A stretch of 64,000 nucleotides of DNA from a virus: positions 43,061 through 107,060 of IMG/VR virus record IMGVR_UViG_3300025687_000026; one strand, 5' to 3'. The notes under the pieces are model-generated. The model saw only the letters and a list, made by a program, of their open reading frames with translations. It was not told the origin of the DNA and made no database searches. A program made the position numbers and the translations under genes. Positions 9,130 to 24,100 of the stretch are shown in pieces. Position 1 is the stretch's first letter, and each line of letters begins with the position of its first letter.

Positions 9130-12100
9130 GGAGCATCACCACTGTGGTCGGATGTGTTGTAAGTCACATCGGCCTTGTGTCCCTTGCTATGCAGAGACTG
9201 ACTGAAGCGGGGCTTGACTGAGTAGTCCTTACCGCTACCTGTGCGACGAGGAGCGTCGCTGCGATAGTGCTGCAGCGTGTTCTCGCTGATGAGCAAACGA
9301 GTCACTGTGGACTTGAGTGTGCCGGTGTCGAATGTAGGCATCGCCGAACCGGGGAGTTTCGGACCCTTCGACACCGGCACAGTGTCGCTACTGCTTTCCA
9401 TCAAATAAACGGGCTGGTAAGGAGCGTTTCCGTCAGGCACCGTTGCACGCATGTAAGAGCCCGCTGAGGCGTTGGTGGACTCGTAGGTGAAGAGCCCATA
9501 CTTGCCGCCAGCAGTGGCGGTGTAGAAGGTGCTTCCGTATTGAGGTGTGCCGCTGGCGACAGCGCGAACAGGGCGGAAGACTTCGATGTGTTGGTTGTCC
9601 AGCAGACGCACCGGACGCAACATGAATCGCACTGTCGTGTCCGTGAGGTTATGAGGTGTCGTCGTGCTTGTCGTGGTCTGATATGGATTGCTGGTTGTGC
9701 CCGAACCGCTGCGACCCCAACCGGTGTCATCGAATGGGTTGACGAACGAGCGGGACTCAAGGATGTAGGTGCCGCCCATGGGCTTGATGTTACCAGTGTG
9801 GCTAAAACGCATGACCCCGCCTTGAGGTTGAGCAGCGAAGGAGAGGCTCGTTAGGTCATAGTCTTCCAGCGTCTGCGAACCTGACTGCAATCCACCCTGC
9901 AGGACGATACGCTGCCCAACACCACGGTCAGTGTGCAGGCTATGAGCCTCACTGTTGATGGCGACCATGTCGGCATTGATGCCGGTGGAGAAGGACTCAA
10001 GCGTGTCAGCGTCAATACCGATACGGGGCGAGGAGCGAGAGATTGGCTCTTTGTGCACCGAGGTGCCGGTGATGCTCTCGACACGGTCGCTGACTGCAGC
10101 CTCGGGCTTAAGCAAACCGTCCTCAGCAATTTCAAGGCGACCACTGATACCACGCTTGACTTCGTCGGGCTGCAGCACATCATCACGAGGTCGCAGCAAC
10201 CCTTGACCGAAGGTTGGCTCAGCCGTGTGATGCGAGAGAACGACGCCCGAACCTTCGTAGACGGCGCTTAATTCGGTTAGAACATCCTCGTTGAACTGCG
10301 TTGGATAACGCACACCACGCCCACCACCCATGTCGCCGACACGCATGGCGTTGGTTGGGGCAAAGACATCGACAAGGACGAAGGCGTTGTTGTTGTTTGT
10401 GTCATTGAGTCGACCACCAAAGCGTGGAATGACTTCAGTTGGGCTGCTCAACACTTTGCCCGTAAGAGGGTCAACGACACCTTTGAAGTTGACAATCGGC
10501 TTACCTCCGTTCCACAACCGAGCGTAAGGTGAACGACCGTAAGTGCGGTCGTATTCGTATGCGTCGCCTGCGTCCCAAGCAGGACGGATGCCGAAGCCAC
10601 GCACCGGTGCTTTGCGGACATCTTCACCGCGAGTGTTGCCCCACCAGTCGACAAGATAGTAGCCCGCCGCACCTTCAATGGTGCCGATACCAAGACCTTG
10701 GCTATCACCCCACCAGTCACGAGGAGCGTCAGCATTGTTGCGAATGATGCGAACAGGACAGCCAAACGAGCGAGTCATGCGGCGACCGTCGCTGTAGCGC
10801 ACCTGCCATTCAGGTTTGTCGGGCCCGAGCATACCACTAAAGTTGGTCTGCCTTTCCATAACGCCAACATAGGTCGTTGGTAGCGTTTTTGGGGTCAAAC
10901 CAGCACCACCAGCGTAATTCCAATCTTGCGATTCGTATTCGACCAGTGGACCGGGCTTGTAACCGAGGGTCAGGTTGCTGCTACTATAGGAGGATTCAGT
11001 GAAGGCACGCATGCCGTAGTGTCCCCATTGAGGGCGGTTCCACGGTTGACGCAGACCGAATCGGTAGCCGAATGGATAAGAGCGGGTGCTCACAAGACTC
11101 GATGCGATGCCGATGCCGTCGCTCGCAGTATAAGAAGCAGCATCGCCAGTGTCTTCCCAATGCTTACCGCCGCCTGCTTCGTAGAGGGCTGGTAGATTCC
11201 ACGCAGCAGACCAAGCAGCATAGCCGTCAAGACGACTGACGAGTGGTCCGCCACGGCTACCGCTTGGCCAATAGTGACTGAGCATGACAGTGTTGCTGCC
11301 TTGCGCTTGATAACCCGACATAATGTGAATGTTAGCAGCCGTCTCTGCTGTTCCGTCAGCGCCAAAGTAGACCTTGGACCCAACGGCCGGTGTAAAGAGG
11401 ATGTCTGTAGTCAGAACAATGTTCACACCGCTTATTCCACCGCCTGCAATTTTACCCAACACCTTACCTTCGACAAAAATGTAATCGCCTGCTGAAGCCC
11501 CGTCGCTACTGACATCAGCATTCATCGTGATGGTGGAAGGTGAACCGGCCGCTGATTGGAAAGTGCCTGAGAACTGACTGGGTGGCTCGGGCGTCTTGAA
11601 ATCGAGGTGGAACGGACCAAGGCTGGCGGCGTAGTTGACGCCGTGATAATGCACCGTCTCAAAGTGTTCAGGCATGCTGTTGTAGGCCGCTTTGTCTACA
11701 GCCCGGTCATCAGTAGCGTCGCCCCATGTTCGGCTGCTGTCGGAGTAGAAAGTATGGGGTCGACCGAGGTTTGGATGCCATGCGCAAACGAATGCGTCAG
11801 GAGTGTAGAGACTGTTCGTATCTCGTGTCCCACCACGCAACTGGTCGAGATTAAGCGACAAAACACCTTGCGACTTGGTCAATAGCGAAGTCGAAACTTC
11901 ACGACTGTAAGGTCGACTTAAGCGGAGCACGGTGCCCGCACTCGGCAAACTCAAAGCAGTCGTGATGAAACGATAGGGTTGGTTCATTGTTCCGCTACTG
12001 TAAGTCAAGCCTGTGCGTTTGGTGTAAGACAGCGTCTGAGTCACACCGTCATTATCGGTGTAGACCAGTTGTTGACCGTAGTAGGGCACTTCAGGGAACA

Positions 12101-15100
12101 ACGAAGCGTCATCGACCTGAATGTAACCAACGCCCGTGCTCTGCACCGTGGCGACAGGTGAAATGGAGGTGTTAGCCAGCACCTTGGAGTAGATGTCAGG
12201 GCTAATGGAGGGATAGCCACCAAGCGTCAACTGAGCGCCAAGTGCTCCATGAGAGGCACGACAGAACTCGTAGTAGTTGTCAAGACGATAGAGGGCGAGA
12301 TGGCGGAAACCTGTGGCCGTAGCGTCATCGGGGGAGTTTTTGTGCAAAATGCTCCACCATGGGATGTTCAATGTGTAACCGGGTGTGGCGTCAACGAACA
12401 TGCTCGTGTGATAGGGGTGAGAGCGACGAGTGAAAGTGGGCGATTCGCTACCCTGCACACCCAATGCGTTGTAAAGCAGCATCGGTGGGAGATTGCTAAA
12501 CTGACTGCCGTGGTCAGGGTCGTGGTCAAGGATGACCTCGTTGACGAAAATCTCGCAGCCGCGCACATCAGCAAGCGTCGCTTCAGAAAGGATGAGAGTC
12601 GCCGCACCAATCGCCGTCCCTCGCTCGCTGTCATACTTGATGCCGACCACGAGGTGCACTTGTTGACCGGTGAGTTCACGAGCAGTGCCGTCGGGTAAGG
12701 CTGAAGCGTCACTGTTGTTATGATGGAAGCCAGTAAGTTGTTGCTTACGCAGGTTAGGCTGGATGACAATTTGATAGGCACCAACCTCGGCAGGGTCAGG
12801 GAAGTGTCCGTCCTGCGTGTAGTTGGCTCCTGCCTCAAGCACGATGGAGTGGCCACCGGCTTTGTTGATGTCGCCAGCATCGCCCTTGGATGCGAGGACG
12901 CCGTAGCCATCAAAGCGCACCTTTGTTTCAAACATCAGCGTGAAGGCCCCACCATGGATGTCGCTGGGACCGCTCGGCGTAGCGGTCAGACTACCGATGC
13001 GCAGTTGCGGGTTGAGAGGGTGTAGGTAGTCGGTGACGCTGGCCGGTAGGGTTGTCGTGGTTGGGTCCACATTCTCCAGTAGACGGATGAGGTCGGCATC
13101 TTGGAGTGTCGCTCTGCGCTCGGCCTCGTGCTTGCCGTAGAGGCCTTGGTAAGCAGGATGAGCCCAGTGACCGGGTAGCATCGGCATCGTAGCGTTAACG
13201 AAGTGATGTCCCATACGAGGCATCGGCATTGGTGTGAGTTGCGGTTTGCTGTAGCGTGTGTGAGCCAGCAACGCAGTGCCGGTGATGTATTCAGTATGAG
13301 CCATGTCAGGGCTGTTACCGCTCACTTCGGCGTGGTCACGCAAGCGGCGTGCTGCAAAGAAGCGAGTGCTACCAGCAGGGATGTAGTAGGAGGGTGTGAT
13401 GGTGGCGCTTGGATTGGCTGCGATAAACTCGGTGAAGTCAATGTCACCAACCACGCCAGTGAAGGTGTCGCCGCTTATGCCCGTGTAGGACACTACGCAC
13501 GAGTCGCCGCTGCTTGAAAGGCGCAAGAAACGACGGTTGTCGCTAACTTCTTTGGAAGCAAACGCTGCATCAAAAACACGGCTGTTGATGGTGGCTGAAG
13601 CGGTCAACACACCGCTGCTGTAAGAAGACACGGTGAGGCTTTGCGTCTCAACGCCGTTGCTGTGCGTGTAGACGGTTGGGAAGCGGTCCGTGTGGCTGTG
13701 CCCCATCTTTGTGACATGGAAGAAGAGCGTGCGGTCGTGCAATTCGTAAGACGACTGCAGTGGGCGGTTACCGGTAGTTTCAACCCATCCGTTCTTCGTG
13801 CTGTCGGGGAAGGCACTACCTTCAGCGATGTGCTCCCAACCCACTTCGTTCATGGTCGGACCGTAGCGCGGTCCGCTGATGGCGTTGTCAAACAGATGTC
13901 CGAGGTGGCTCGCACCAAGGTCGGGGTGAATCATACCGCCGTCGCCCATTGTCTCGTTTTGATAGGCTTGCAGCCGGTCAAATCCGCTGCGGACAAGGAT
14001 GTTACCGGGGATGGACTCAGGGTCAGGAAGTTGGACCACGAGGTTTGGCGAGGTTGAGGTGTTGGCTACCGAAGGAGCCAAACCGCTGGCGAGGCGCTCA
14101 CCAGCAGCACGGAAGGCACGAATGACCACACCGAGTGGCGAGCCGCCGCTAAGCGTGTGTGTTTGTCCCGTGTCGTCAATGACTTCCATCTCTTCAAACT
14201 GCAGATGCTCGTTGGGAATCTCAAGCACATTCTGTAGTTTGATACGGTGCTTTTCAGCCAGTTGCGGATGCGCCAGTTCCTGCGCTTGCAGGACAGGTAA
14301 CATAGCGCTGTTCGTTGTCTCAAAAGAGAAACGGACATTCCCAAGCAACTTCTCACCCGTAGTGTAGCCTACACCGCCGCTGACACGGTTCACCCAAGGC
14401 ACAGCACCAAGTCCACGAGCGTTGACGGCAGGCATCGAGAGGCTACCACCGTCCATTCGTTTCCACACAACATGCTCAATGTTGAAGTTCTTAGCAGGGG
14501 AGCGAGCATACATCTCGTAAGCGTTGACATCTCCGACCCAAAAGGTGTTTTTTTGCTTCGTCCCACCAAACAGTGTAGAAGGTTGGACAGATGCGGAAGC
14601 ATAGAAGTTAGCAGCAACATTCCGTTGCGCCCCTGCGCTGGCTGAGAAGTGGGAGCCGATGCTCTTGTCAAGGTCAAAAAAGAGGTCGCCGGTTTTCGTA
14701 AAGCAGGGCTCAGCGTTTTCCAAGTCACTCTCAGCAGTAATCGGCGGATGAAGTGAGAACTCTGCGTCAAATGGAGCGCCGTCCAAAGCGTTCGTAACAG
14801 TGTAATCTGAGATAGTTGGACGAGAAGTTGCATTGTGGATGAGTGCCTCGACATTCGGGCCTGCGTGCGCTGGAGCATAGAAGCGGTCTTGACCGTGAAT
14901 GCGGTCGTCCCAGCGCACTGTGCCCGCCTTAGTGACATCAGCAGCGTCGACAAGACGCAGCCAGTCACCAACGCTCTTTTGCCCGTCACGGTCCGTCTTG
15001 GCGACAAGAGCCAATTCTGACTCATGAGAGATAACAAGCATCGCACGGGAGAACACACCTTGCATGTGAGTGAGTTCTTTCTGCATCTCAGGCTCGTTTT

Positions 15101-18100
15101 CCATAATGGGCGGTGTGTTGAAGTCGCTACTGTCGGTAAAGGCGAGGGTGTAGGAACCTGAGTCTGTTCCCATATCGTAGCGGTCTTGCGGCGCATCGGG
15201 GTTGCTATTGGAGGGGAAGGTAGCCAACCCATCTGAACCGTTGTTCGGTGGTGCAGATTCAGGACTGTTCGGCATGGGGGTGATGTTCGGTAGATGGCCG
15301 AGCACGCTGGCGCAGCCCATGCTTCCACCGTAGGGTGAGAAACCAAGCGAAGCGTGCCATGCTCCCAAACCAGCAGCATATTGTCCGCTAAGCCCACCAC
15401 TCAGTGTGTTGAGATAGGAATAGCGCTCACCAGCCCAACCTGCAACACCAACGGGTTTAGTTCGGTCAATAGCGTCAACGAGGCCGTTGAAGTGGACTTG
15501 TCCATAACCGCTCACCCTCGTCGTATTCCTCCATTGGTGGACACCTGCCTTAACCCACACATACAGTTTTAGTCCCGATACACCGGAGCCCAGCGTTGGG
15601 TAGGTCAACGGGTTACCGTCAAGGTAGTTATCCCATGTCGCTACACTCTCAAAAGCACCGTAACCGCTGATTCGATTCTGTCCAAGGAAGAACTTGACTT
15701 TGTAACTACCACCGACATACAGGACGATGCGGCTGTGATAGGGAGCAAAGGCCGGTGAGTTCTCTCCGAGGATAGTTGTAGCAAACGAGTTAGTGGTGCG
15801 AATCCAACCCGTTTCAGGAATGTTGTAACCATCGTCAGGATTGCTACCAATGTCGACGGTGATGAAGGACGAATTGAGAGCGATGCCTCCACCTCCTTGC
15901 GCATAGTCGACAATGTTAGCGCCTTCAAGTTCCCGCCACCCGTAACGGTCTTGCTTCATGGCGTTGCTAAAACTCGGTAAGAAGGTCCCGCCCATGGCTT
16001 TGAGTGCACCGCCGCCGGGATAGGTGTTGATAGCGGCACCGAGTAGAGCGGCTAACTCTTCTCCGTTTTGACAGCGAGTGGCGTCTACAGCGATGTATTC
16101 CATGTCGATGATGTCACGCGTGACTGTTTCAGACACAAAGGCACCCGAAGAGCCGTAAAGAATCTTGGTCGCCAGTGGAGCGGCAACACGGAAAGCACTG
16201 GGATGCAATTCGTTGCCGCTAATGGCGCTCTTTGACACTCGACTGTTGTCATCAGGATGAGGCGGATTGAAAGTAATTTGATTGTCCATCCACGAACCGC
16301 CCGGATGGTAACCGCCATCCATGTGGAAACACCAGTCTGAACTACTCGCCATGGAGAAGCCCATGTAGACCCCGTGACGGTTGGGGTGAGCCATGCGGTA
16401 GTCATGAACATTGGACACCGTGAGGTTAGTCGCTCCTGAAGTGAACACTTCACCATACATACGACCAGCCTCGGGACGCTGGCGCAGAATCTCAACATTG
16501 GGCTTACCCTGAGCAGGTTCCCAGTTGATGGTTTGACGCCAATGGAATCGACCGCGGTTGAGTTGATAGGTGCTGGTCCACGGCATGTAGTGACCGGCGT
16601 CGTTCATGATGTGGTTGGGCATGAATGCCGTGTTGCTACCCGTGTGAGCAGGCACTTTAGACCAAGTGTTACCCACCGTGATAGCCCGTCCGGGCGCAGG
16701 TTCGTAGGTGTTGACGGGCGTCGCCTCCTCTTGCGTAAATGGGAAGGCCTGACCGGGGCCAAAAATGAGGAATGTTGTTTTGTTTTCAACACCATCACGG
16801 TGGTCGTTGTAGCGGGCTGTTGGGTGAGCGAAGCGTAGCACCAAAGGAATGGGCACCTGAATAGCAACGCCTGCCGTGTAGGGGGCGGGATTGGGATGGT
16901 CAGGGTGAACGGTCTGAGTCCCGCCCTTGATGTCAGGACTGAGGAGGCTATCCTGATTGAAGAACGGTGGATTGATGCTTCCACGATGCTGATTCAAAAG
17001 TGCTGTGCCGGGGAAGAAGGCCATGATTGCGTTGCAGTCCACCAATGAGAAGGACGAGAGTGTCTCGTTGGCGTGCTGAATGCCCGCCACACCGGTCGGC
17101 CCGTTTGCATAAGGATGAGTGTATTTTTCGCTGTAGTCGTTAGCGCTACCGTCATTGACATCAATGGTTACACCGCTAAAGCCGCCACCGAAGAACAACG
17201 GAACCCAATGGTCGCTGCTGTCCCGACCCCCACGGAAGAACACTTGCGACCGTGAGTGGAGGCTACCAAGCACACGCACACCGGCAGTCCTGAAGGCTCG
17301 CAGCGCACCGTAGCGCTGAATGGTTGGGTCGGTGGACGGTTTGGCGTCGGGTGGAGTTCCAGTCAATGTTGCTTCATCAATCAAGATGTGGTCAAGTGAA
17401 GTAAAACCGGAAGACGCTGTTCCACCGTTGACAGTAGTTGCGAGAGCGGAAGAGAAGTTTCCAAAATAGACCTCGGATTGACTGCTAAAGGACGCAACTT
17501 TCGCAAGGCTGCTGATGGTGTCTCCTTCGTTACCAGCAGGTCGGAAGAAGTGCCATGGCTTACCGCTACCGGCAGCCAACCCCACTTCAGGGAACTTAGG
17601 TGAGTTGATGTAAGAGTCGTTTGCATCGGTTTCAAGAGTTGGGTTGTTGACCATTGGTAGGATGTGGTCGCCTGAGTAAGCAGTAAAGCGTTGACCGTTG
17701 AGATTTTGTTCCCACACTTCCGTGTCAACAGGTTCGTTGCTTGAGTCGACGAGAACCGGTGAGGCAGTGTTGGCGTTAGAGCCGCGCCCCTTGGTGCTCA
17801 CTTGCACGACAGTGTAGGGAATGTAGCCACACTCTGCTCTTAAGCCAGCATCAATTTGAGCATCGGTGGCTGCCCGGTTGTTGGAACTGGGCAGGGTCAC
17901 ACCATCCTTGGTCATCTTGACAAACTGCACATCCCCGTGCTCAACATGGGCGGCTTGAATCGCCATGTCACGATGTAGCGTGGCGGTGAAAAAGTCAGAG
18001 ATTGGTCGCACTTTACGGGCCGTGTTGTAAGCACGAATGCGAATAGCATCTTCAGCCACGCCCCATTGACCGAGAGTGCGTCCATCAGCAGCGAAAAACT

Positions 18101-21100
18101 CAGTGCAATCAAACGGCACACCCTCCTCAATGTTTGGATTCGGTAGGTTGATGGCCGTCGTGACCACTGCCGCCAACAGTTCGTCGGTGACCAATGTGGT
18201 CCAATTAGCGCAAGACGACACCAATGCACGAATGCTTGTCGTGTTGAGGCCAAAACGCTTAGCACCGACGGTAACGGTCGAAGCCGTAGCGAAAGTGTGT
18301 GAAGTCATGAACTCGGTGCCTTCGACGCCGTAAAAAATGTGGGGGCCTGTGTTATCGTTACGGGTGCGACTCGTGTAGGAAAACATGTGACCCCATGAGC
18401 CAACAGCGGTGGCTGCGTTGAAGGGGTCTGATACCTGAATGACGCCATCTTCAATTGGAAAGCCCATGTAACCCAGCACATCGAAGTGAGGACAGTTGTT
18501 GTAAGGGTCGGTCATCTCCAAGGTCAGCGTCTTGGCTGAACTGTCGTAAGTGGCCTTGCAGTCGTAGGCTGCGTTGACACTCGGAACACCGTTCCACCGG
18601 TTACCTTCCCAACCAATCAGCGTAGCGTTGCTCGGATTTGCACCGAAACGACCAGTAGCGTCACCCAATCCACGCATGTGGCGACCGATGGTCAAGCCGC
18701 CCTGCCCGACATCTCGGTCGTCAATGTAGATGACAATTTCATCCTCAAGCGTGTCAGGCAGTTGCGTTTCATCCAGTGTGAAGTTGTTGTTAATCGCTCG
18801 GTAGACGATGCGAATACCATGACGCCTACCAAGGTGGTCAATGAATTGAAACCCGTAGAGTGGCGAATCACCGATAGCGTCGTGTGAGATTTGAGAAGCA
18901 GGCACATGACCCGTGTAGGTCACCGGGAGAGTGTCGCCCGATGTGTTCTGAATATCACCATATCGCTTATCGAAGCGCTTGTCACCCTTGCGACCAAAGC
19001 CCCACTTCCCGGCATCGGGTGCGAATCCGGGGATTCCGGCAGCAACAAGACCGCCAAAGTTCACACGACCGGTAGCCTGCGAACCTGTGCGGAGCCCTTC
19101 GGTGTAGTTGGTAATGTAGCCTTCAGCCTCCAACGATTCCGTGTTGACGGTGTTGAAGGACTGGCCGGAGCCCGTCACCATCGACATGGCTCGCATAACC
19201 GGGTCCGAGGATTCATCACCACGCTGAGCAAAGTCACCGGTGGACTTGACATCAGCAGATGAAGCATCGGGCAGGGTGTATTGACGCAGCGAAGTAATCG
19301 GTGCAAAGGGTCGCCCGTGCTTGTTTAGAGGCATTGGCGCTGGGTGCATGTTCTCGCCACTGAGTTCATCAGGTTGACACCAAAAAGTCCTGAAGCGACC
19401 ACCGTGACCAATCAAGAACTCAGGTTGGTAAGCCGATTGACCCCGAGCGTTGTCAAGCCACACAGCAAAGTTGCGACCGGTAGCACCGGGCACGGTGCTG
19501 TGAATGACCACGGAGAAACCTTCTCGTCCCTTGGTGTCTTGCACGACACGGCCAAGATGAGCACGGAAGTAACCCATGTGACTGCCTTGGTCTTGCGTGC
19601 TGAACGCCTTGTCTGAGTCCCACCACACGGCAGGGTCGAAAGCAGAGCCCGTCTCACCGTTGGTAAGATTGGTGCGGGCGTTCTTGGCCCCTGCTTGGTT
19701 AATAATTCGCACTACTTCACGAGCAGCAGCCTCAATGTCGGTGACACCGTCACGAGTAGCGACTTCACCGCAGTCAATGGTAAGACGACGGGTGAAGTCC
19801 ATTTCAGTCCAGTGCTTAAGATGCTGCAAACGCTGCTCGTCGTGCGAAGACAGGTCAAGAGCACCTGAGCGAATACCACGCAGAGCAAGGAAGGCAGGGA
19901 CAACACGAGTGCCGTCGGGTGTATCGAACAGGGTAGATGGGTCACGGGTCGTGGCCCCTGCCTTCTCCTCACGATGTAGCGTTAAAGCGACGATAAAGCG
20001 GTCGAGGTTGGAGCGAACCTTGCGAGTGTAAGTGTGTGCCTCATTAGCCCAGTAGGGGATGACTGTAGCGTCGTTGGTTCGAGGCTGAATGCTGTCGCCA
20101 ATCGACCGCTCGCTAAACGGACCGCCGGTGTAATAACCCGTGTGCACCATGTGTCCGTGTGCCTTCCCATACTGCGTGATGCGGTCAAGTGCCGTGAGGT
20201 GGGTTGAAGTGCCCGAAGGAGCGACACTCACGCGGAACCTACCGCTTGTGCCGCCGCTCACGGTGATGACATCGTTGTGCTGATAACCTGTCCCGGCAGA
20301 TGCAATCACCGCTGTAGCAATCGCCCCGCCGCTCACTGTAATGGTGACGGTAAGCCCAGCACCGGTGCCCGTCGTGGTCGTTGCCTTGGTTCCAGCCGTG
20401 TAACCTGAACCGTTTGCACCGCTACTATAGTAAGGAGTGAGAGCAGTGACTTTACCCGTGATAGGTGATTTCATGACGCTCGCAGCATAGTGGTTAGCGA
20501 GGTCATGAGCATAAGCACTCTCCATGAAACGAGAGCGAGTAGTGTTGCGGACGAACTTGTTCTGACTGGGATAACCGGCAGCCGTGTCAATTTGAGTGAT
20601 GTAGCCGTGCTGTCCAGCGCCATTATACTCAATGCCGTATTTACCAAGGTCAATTTGGTCGCTACCGTCAACGATGTTCTGCGCCGTGGTGTGCCGTTGG
20701 AACCCGATTTCAGTTACCTTGGCGCTGGTTTGAACCTGCATGTGAAGGTCTTGGAATGCGACGAACTCACGGTCGTGAGCGACATCGTAGAGAAGGACAC
20801 GAGCGTGGTCATCACCGTTGAGCATGGGGTCGAGATAAGCAACTACTGGCGGATTGCTGATACCCAGTTCAGCGTAGTTGACCTCGATGGTCTTATTGAC
20901 ATGCTGAGCGTAGTTGATGGCCGTTTCACGACAAGTGTTGCCGATGAGGAAGTTTTCAAGCGGTAGACTATCGCGAGCCTCGCCACTGAGAGCACCTTGG
21001 CCGCCGTTGAACTCATTCCACACCAAACCCTCGTTGAAGACTCCACGACTCTTCGCGAAGAGTCCTTCAATAGCGTGCGGATTGTTGTAAGTCATGTTAG

Positions 21101-24100
21101 CCCACACCGTATCACCGTGACGCAAACCACCTTGGGCGTAAGGGAAAAGCCACGAGCGATTGAGAATGGCCTCATCATCGTTCTTCATGACATTGTGACA
21201 ACCCACTCGCAAGTAAGCCGTCAAAGCAGCGTCAGCAGCGATATTCTGCAAGTCAATCAAGACATCGGGCAGCATTGAGCCGTCCAGCGTAATAATTGTG
21301 TCCGTGGTCGGTATGGCTTGAGCCTGACCCTCGTCAATGAGTTGAACTCGACCGAGGTAGAGCACGCTCTCTGTTTTACCCGTAGCGATGACATAACGCT
21401 CAACATAGACCTCATCACCCACCTGCACATCCAACCCGGTCGTGTTGGCTTGCAGTAGACCGTTGTGTGTCGGGTTGGTTACGGTGATGCTAACGGGAGT
21501 TGGAGTAGGCGTGGCTCTGATAATCCAAGGATGTCGACCGGTAGGCGGTCGGTAAGTATCACTAATGTTGAGATTGTCTTCAAGCGCACGACTAAAGCGG
21601 TCGATAGAATAACCGAGGTCAAAACCACGGCGGGTGAGTAGAGCATCTTGGTCAAGAATAAACTCAGGCTGTGTTCGGTCGAGGTAGTTGGGTAGAGCAC
21701 CGCCCTTGTTGAAAATGTCTTCAACAAGGATGGAGTTGCGGAATTGCTCGGGGCTGGTTGGACTACCACTCAATGCAGCGAAAGTCGCCGAGGCGTCACC
21801 CCAGTAGATGAAGCGACGAGTGGTGCCGTCAGGTGAAAATGTCTCAAGGCCGTAGTGGTAATCTCCTGTCTCGTAGACGATGTTACCGTTTGAGTCGAGC
21901 GTAGGTGAGATGTTTGGGAAGAGGTCAGCGTCCTCTTCAGACAAAGAGATGACTGCGAGCCCGGTGAAAGTGCTACCGTTCATGATAGGAGTAACACCAA
22001 GCACCGAGCCCCGTGCACGCCCGCTGAAGACACGAGGAGCGTGAGGGTTTGTAGTCGGCCCTGCTTTGAACTCAACAGCACTGACATACTGACGCAGACC
22101 ATAATCGACATTCCCACCCTGCGTCTTAACGCTGGCCGAGTCATGGTAGTATTCGCTGCGTCGCTCAATGGCGGACGACGGAGAGAGAGGGCTACCTTCA
22201 AGCGGCACCAACGATTCAGATTGGTAGAAACCACCGACGAGAAGCATCATGCCCGGCTCATGCAGTCGCAAGAAGTTTTCAGAGTAGGCCCAAGGTTCAT
22301 CTTCAAACTCCAAATAACCGTCAGCAGCAGGGTCGTTCTCGTAAATAATCCAATCGCCGCTGGGTAAGAAAGCGCGTTGATGGCGTTGCACTTCCTCGAC
22401 ATAGAAGTAGTCAGGCTCAGAGCCGACCACCTTGTTGATGTTAGCAGCGGGGAAGATGTCGGGGTTGCTCACATAGAGTCGGTAGAAACCACTGACGACT
22501 TCTGCTCTGTGTTGAATTGACGCACTGCGGGTATGTTCACTTTGTGAAAGAGCATAGGCATAAGCGGCGTGGGCCGTCCGGTCAGCGGGAGATACCTCAG
22601 GGTAGCGACGCCCGACCGGTGAGGGGTTCCATGTGTGTGCTGTCATGGTTGGGTCGAGATGCAACTTCAGTGAGTTATCAGGACCGGGGAAAATACCTTC
22701 AGCGGCGTTTTCAAAGAACTGTTCGTTGAAGAGTGGGATTTCAACAAGCGCACGAGTGCTGGCGAACTGAGTGCCTAATTGATAATCGTGGGTTACGGTG
22801 TCCATGGATTGGAACATACGGTCGTTGACAGTGGTGCCGTCAGATGCTGCGTTTTCCATGTAGAAGTTACCGTCACCAAGGATAATTTCACCAAGAGAGA
22901 AAGAGCCAGCACTGCCGCTCGCTACAGCACCTGCTTCGGCACTTAGACCGGACGCATCGGCCCATTCGTAGAAGTTAGCGACCTCGGACCCGTCAGGCAA
23001 AACGAAGCGCCCGCTACCTACGGTGGCGTCAGTAAAAAAGAAGCCCACGCCGTTCTTGCTGGTGTATTCGGCGCTTGCACCAGTCTTGAGGTAAAGTCGC
23101 CCCCTTTTGGGGAAGGGATAGGTTCCCCATGCTTTGAGGTCATCTGAACCGTTGTTGAGTGCTCGGACTTCGATAAATTGCACTCGGTCGGCCGCAGTTA
23201 TGTTGCGGTCAACACGAATCGAAGTAGCAAAACATGAGAAGCCTCGTCGAGTGTTATAAGGCAGCCTCGAAAGAGCACTCGGGTCAAAAGACGGATTGGT
23301 GTCGTAGGCACCCTGACCTACACCACCAAGCGTCACGGACACAACAGGAGCGTTTGGGTCAATCTCCTTCACGACATGCGAATCAGGACTACCTGAGCCA
23401 ATCTCGTCGACGCTCCGCTCAACAGCGGCCGAGTTAAGGCCCACACAACGCACCTTGGTGTAACGAGAGCCTCCGTCGTCAGACTCTTCTTCAGCGACGC
23501 TGCGCAAGCGTGCACGAGTCATAAGAAACATAACGGTAGCGTAGTGAGCGTCTTTACCATGACTACTCTCTGTTTTGATGTGCCGCAACTGAGCAGTTCG
23601 ACGACGGTCAGACGGTTGCACGAAGATACGCTGAGCGATGGTCGGCAAAGCGACAGCGTGGTTGTCAACGATGTCAAACATTTCATGCACGGGGCCGCTT
23701 GAAGCAGCGATACCGATGTCAAACTCACCGGCGCTCGGTGACGCAATCTCTTCGCCCGGCGAGCGCACTGGGGGGACGAAGTCTTCCGCCGCATTTGCCT
23801 CAACGATGATGTGATGAAACACGGACTCGTGAGCCGTCTTTGTCGTGTGTGAAGCGGAAATGTTTTGCGGAGGGCGACGAGGTTCATCACGCACTGTCGC
23901 ATAATTTTGCGGTGTGTAACGCTCGTCCAGTTCGTCGTCGCTTTCGTAGCCCTCGCTGTTATCACCCACGAGGGCGTGCGAAAACGAGGCTTGAGCGTAG
24001 CCTCCTTCATGAGCATCAGCGACTTCAAGAATGCCGCCGGGAGCATGAATCGTGGCTGAGCCCAATGCTGCTTCAATAGCGTCGATGACATAGAAGTCCG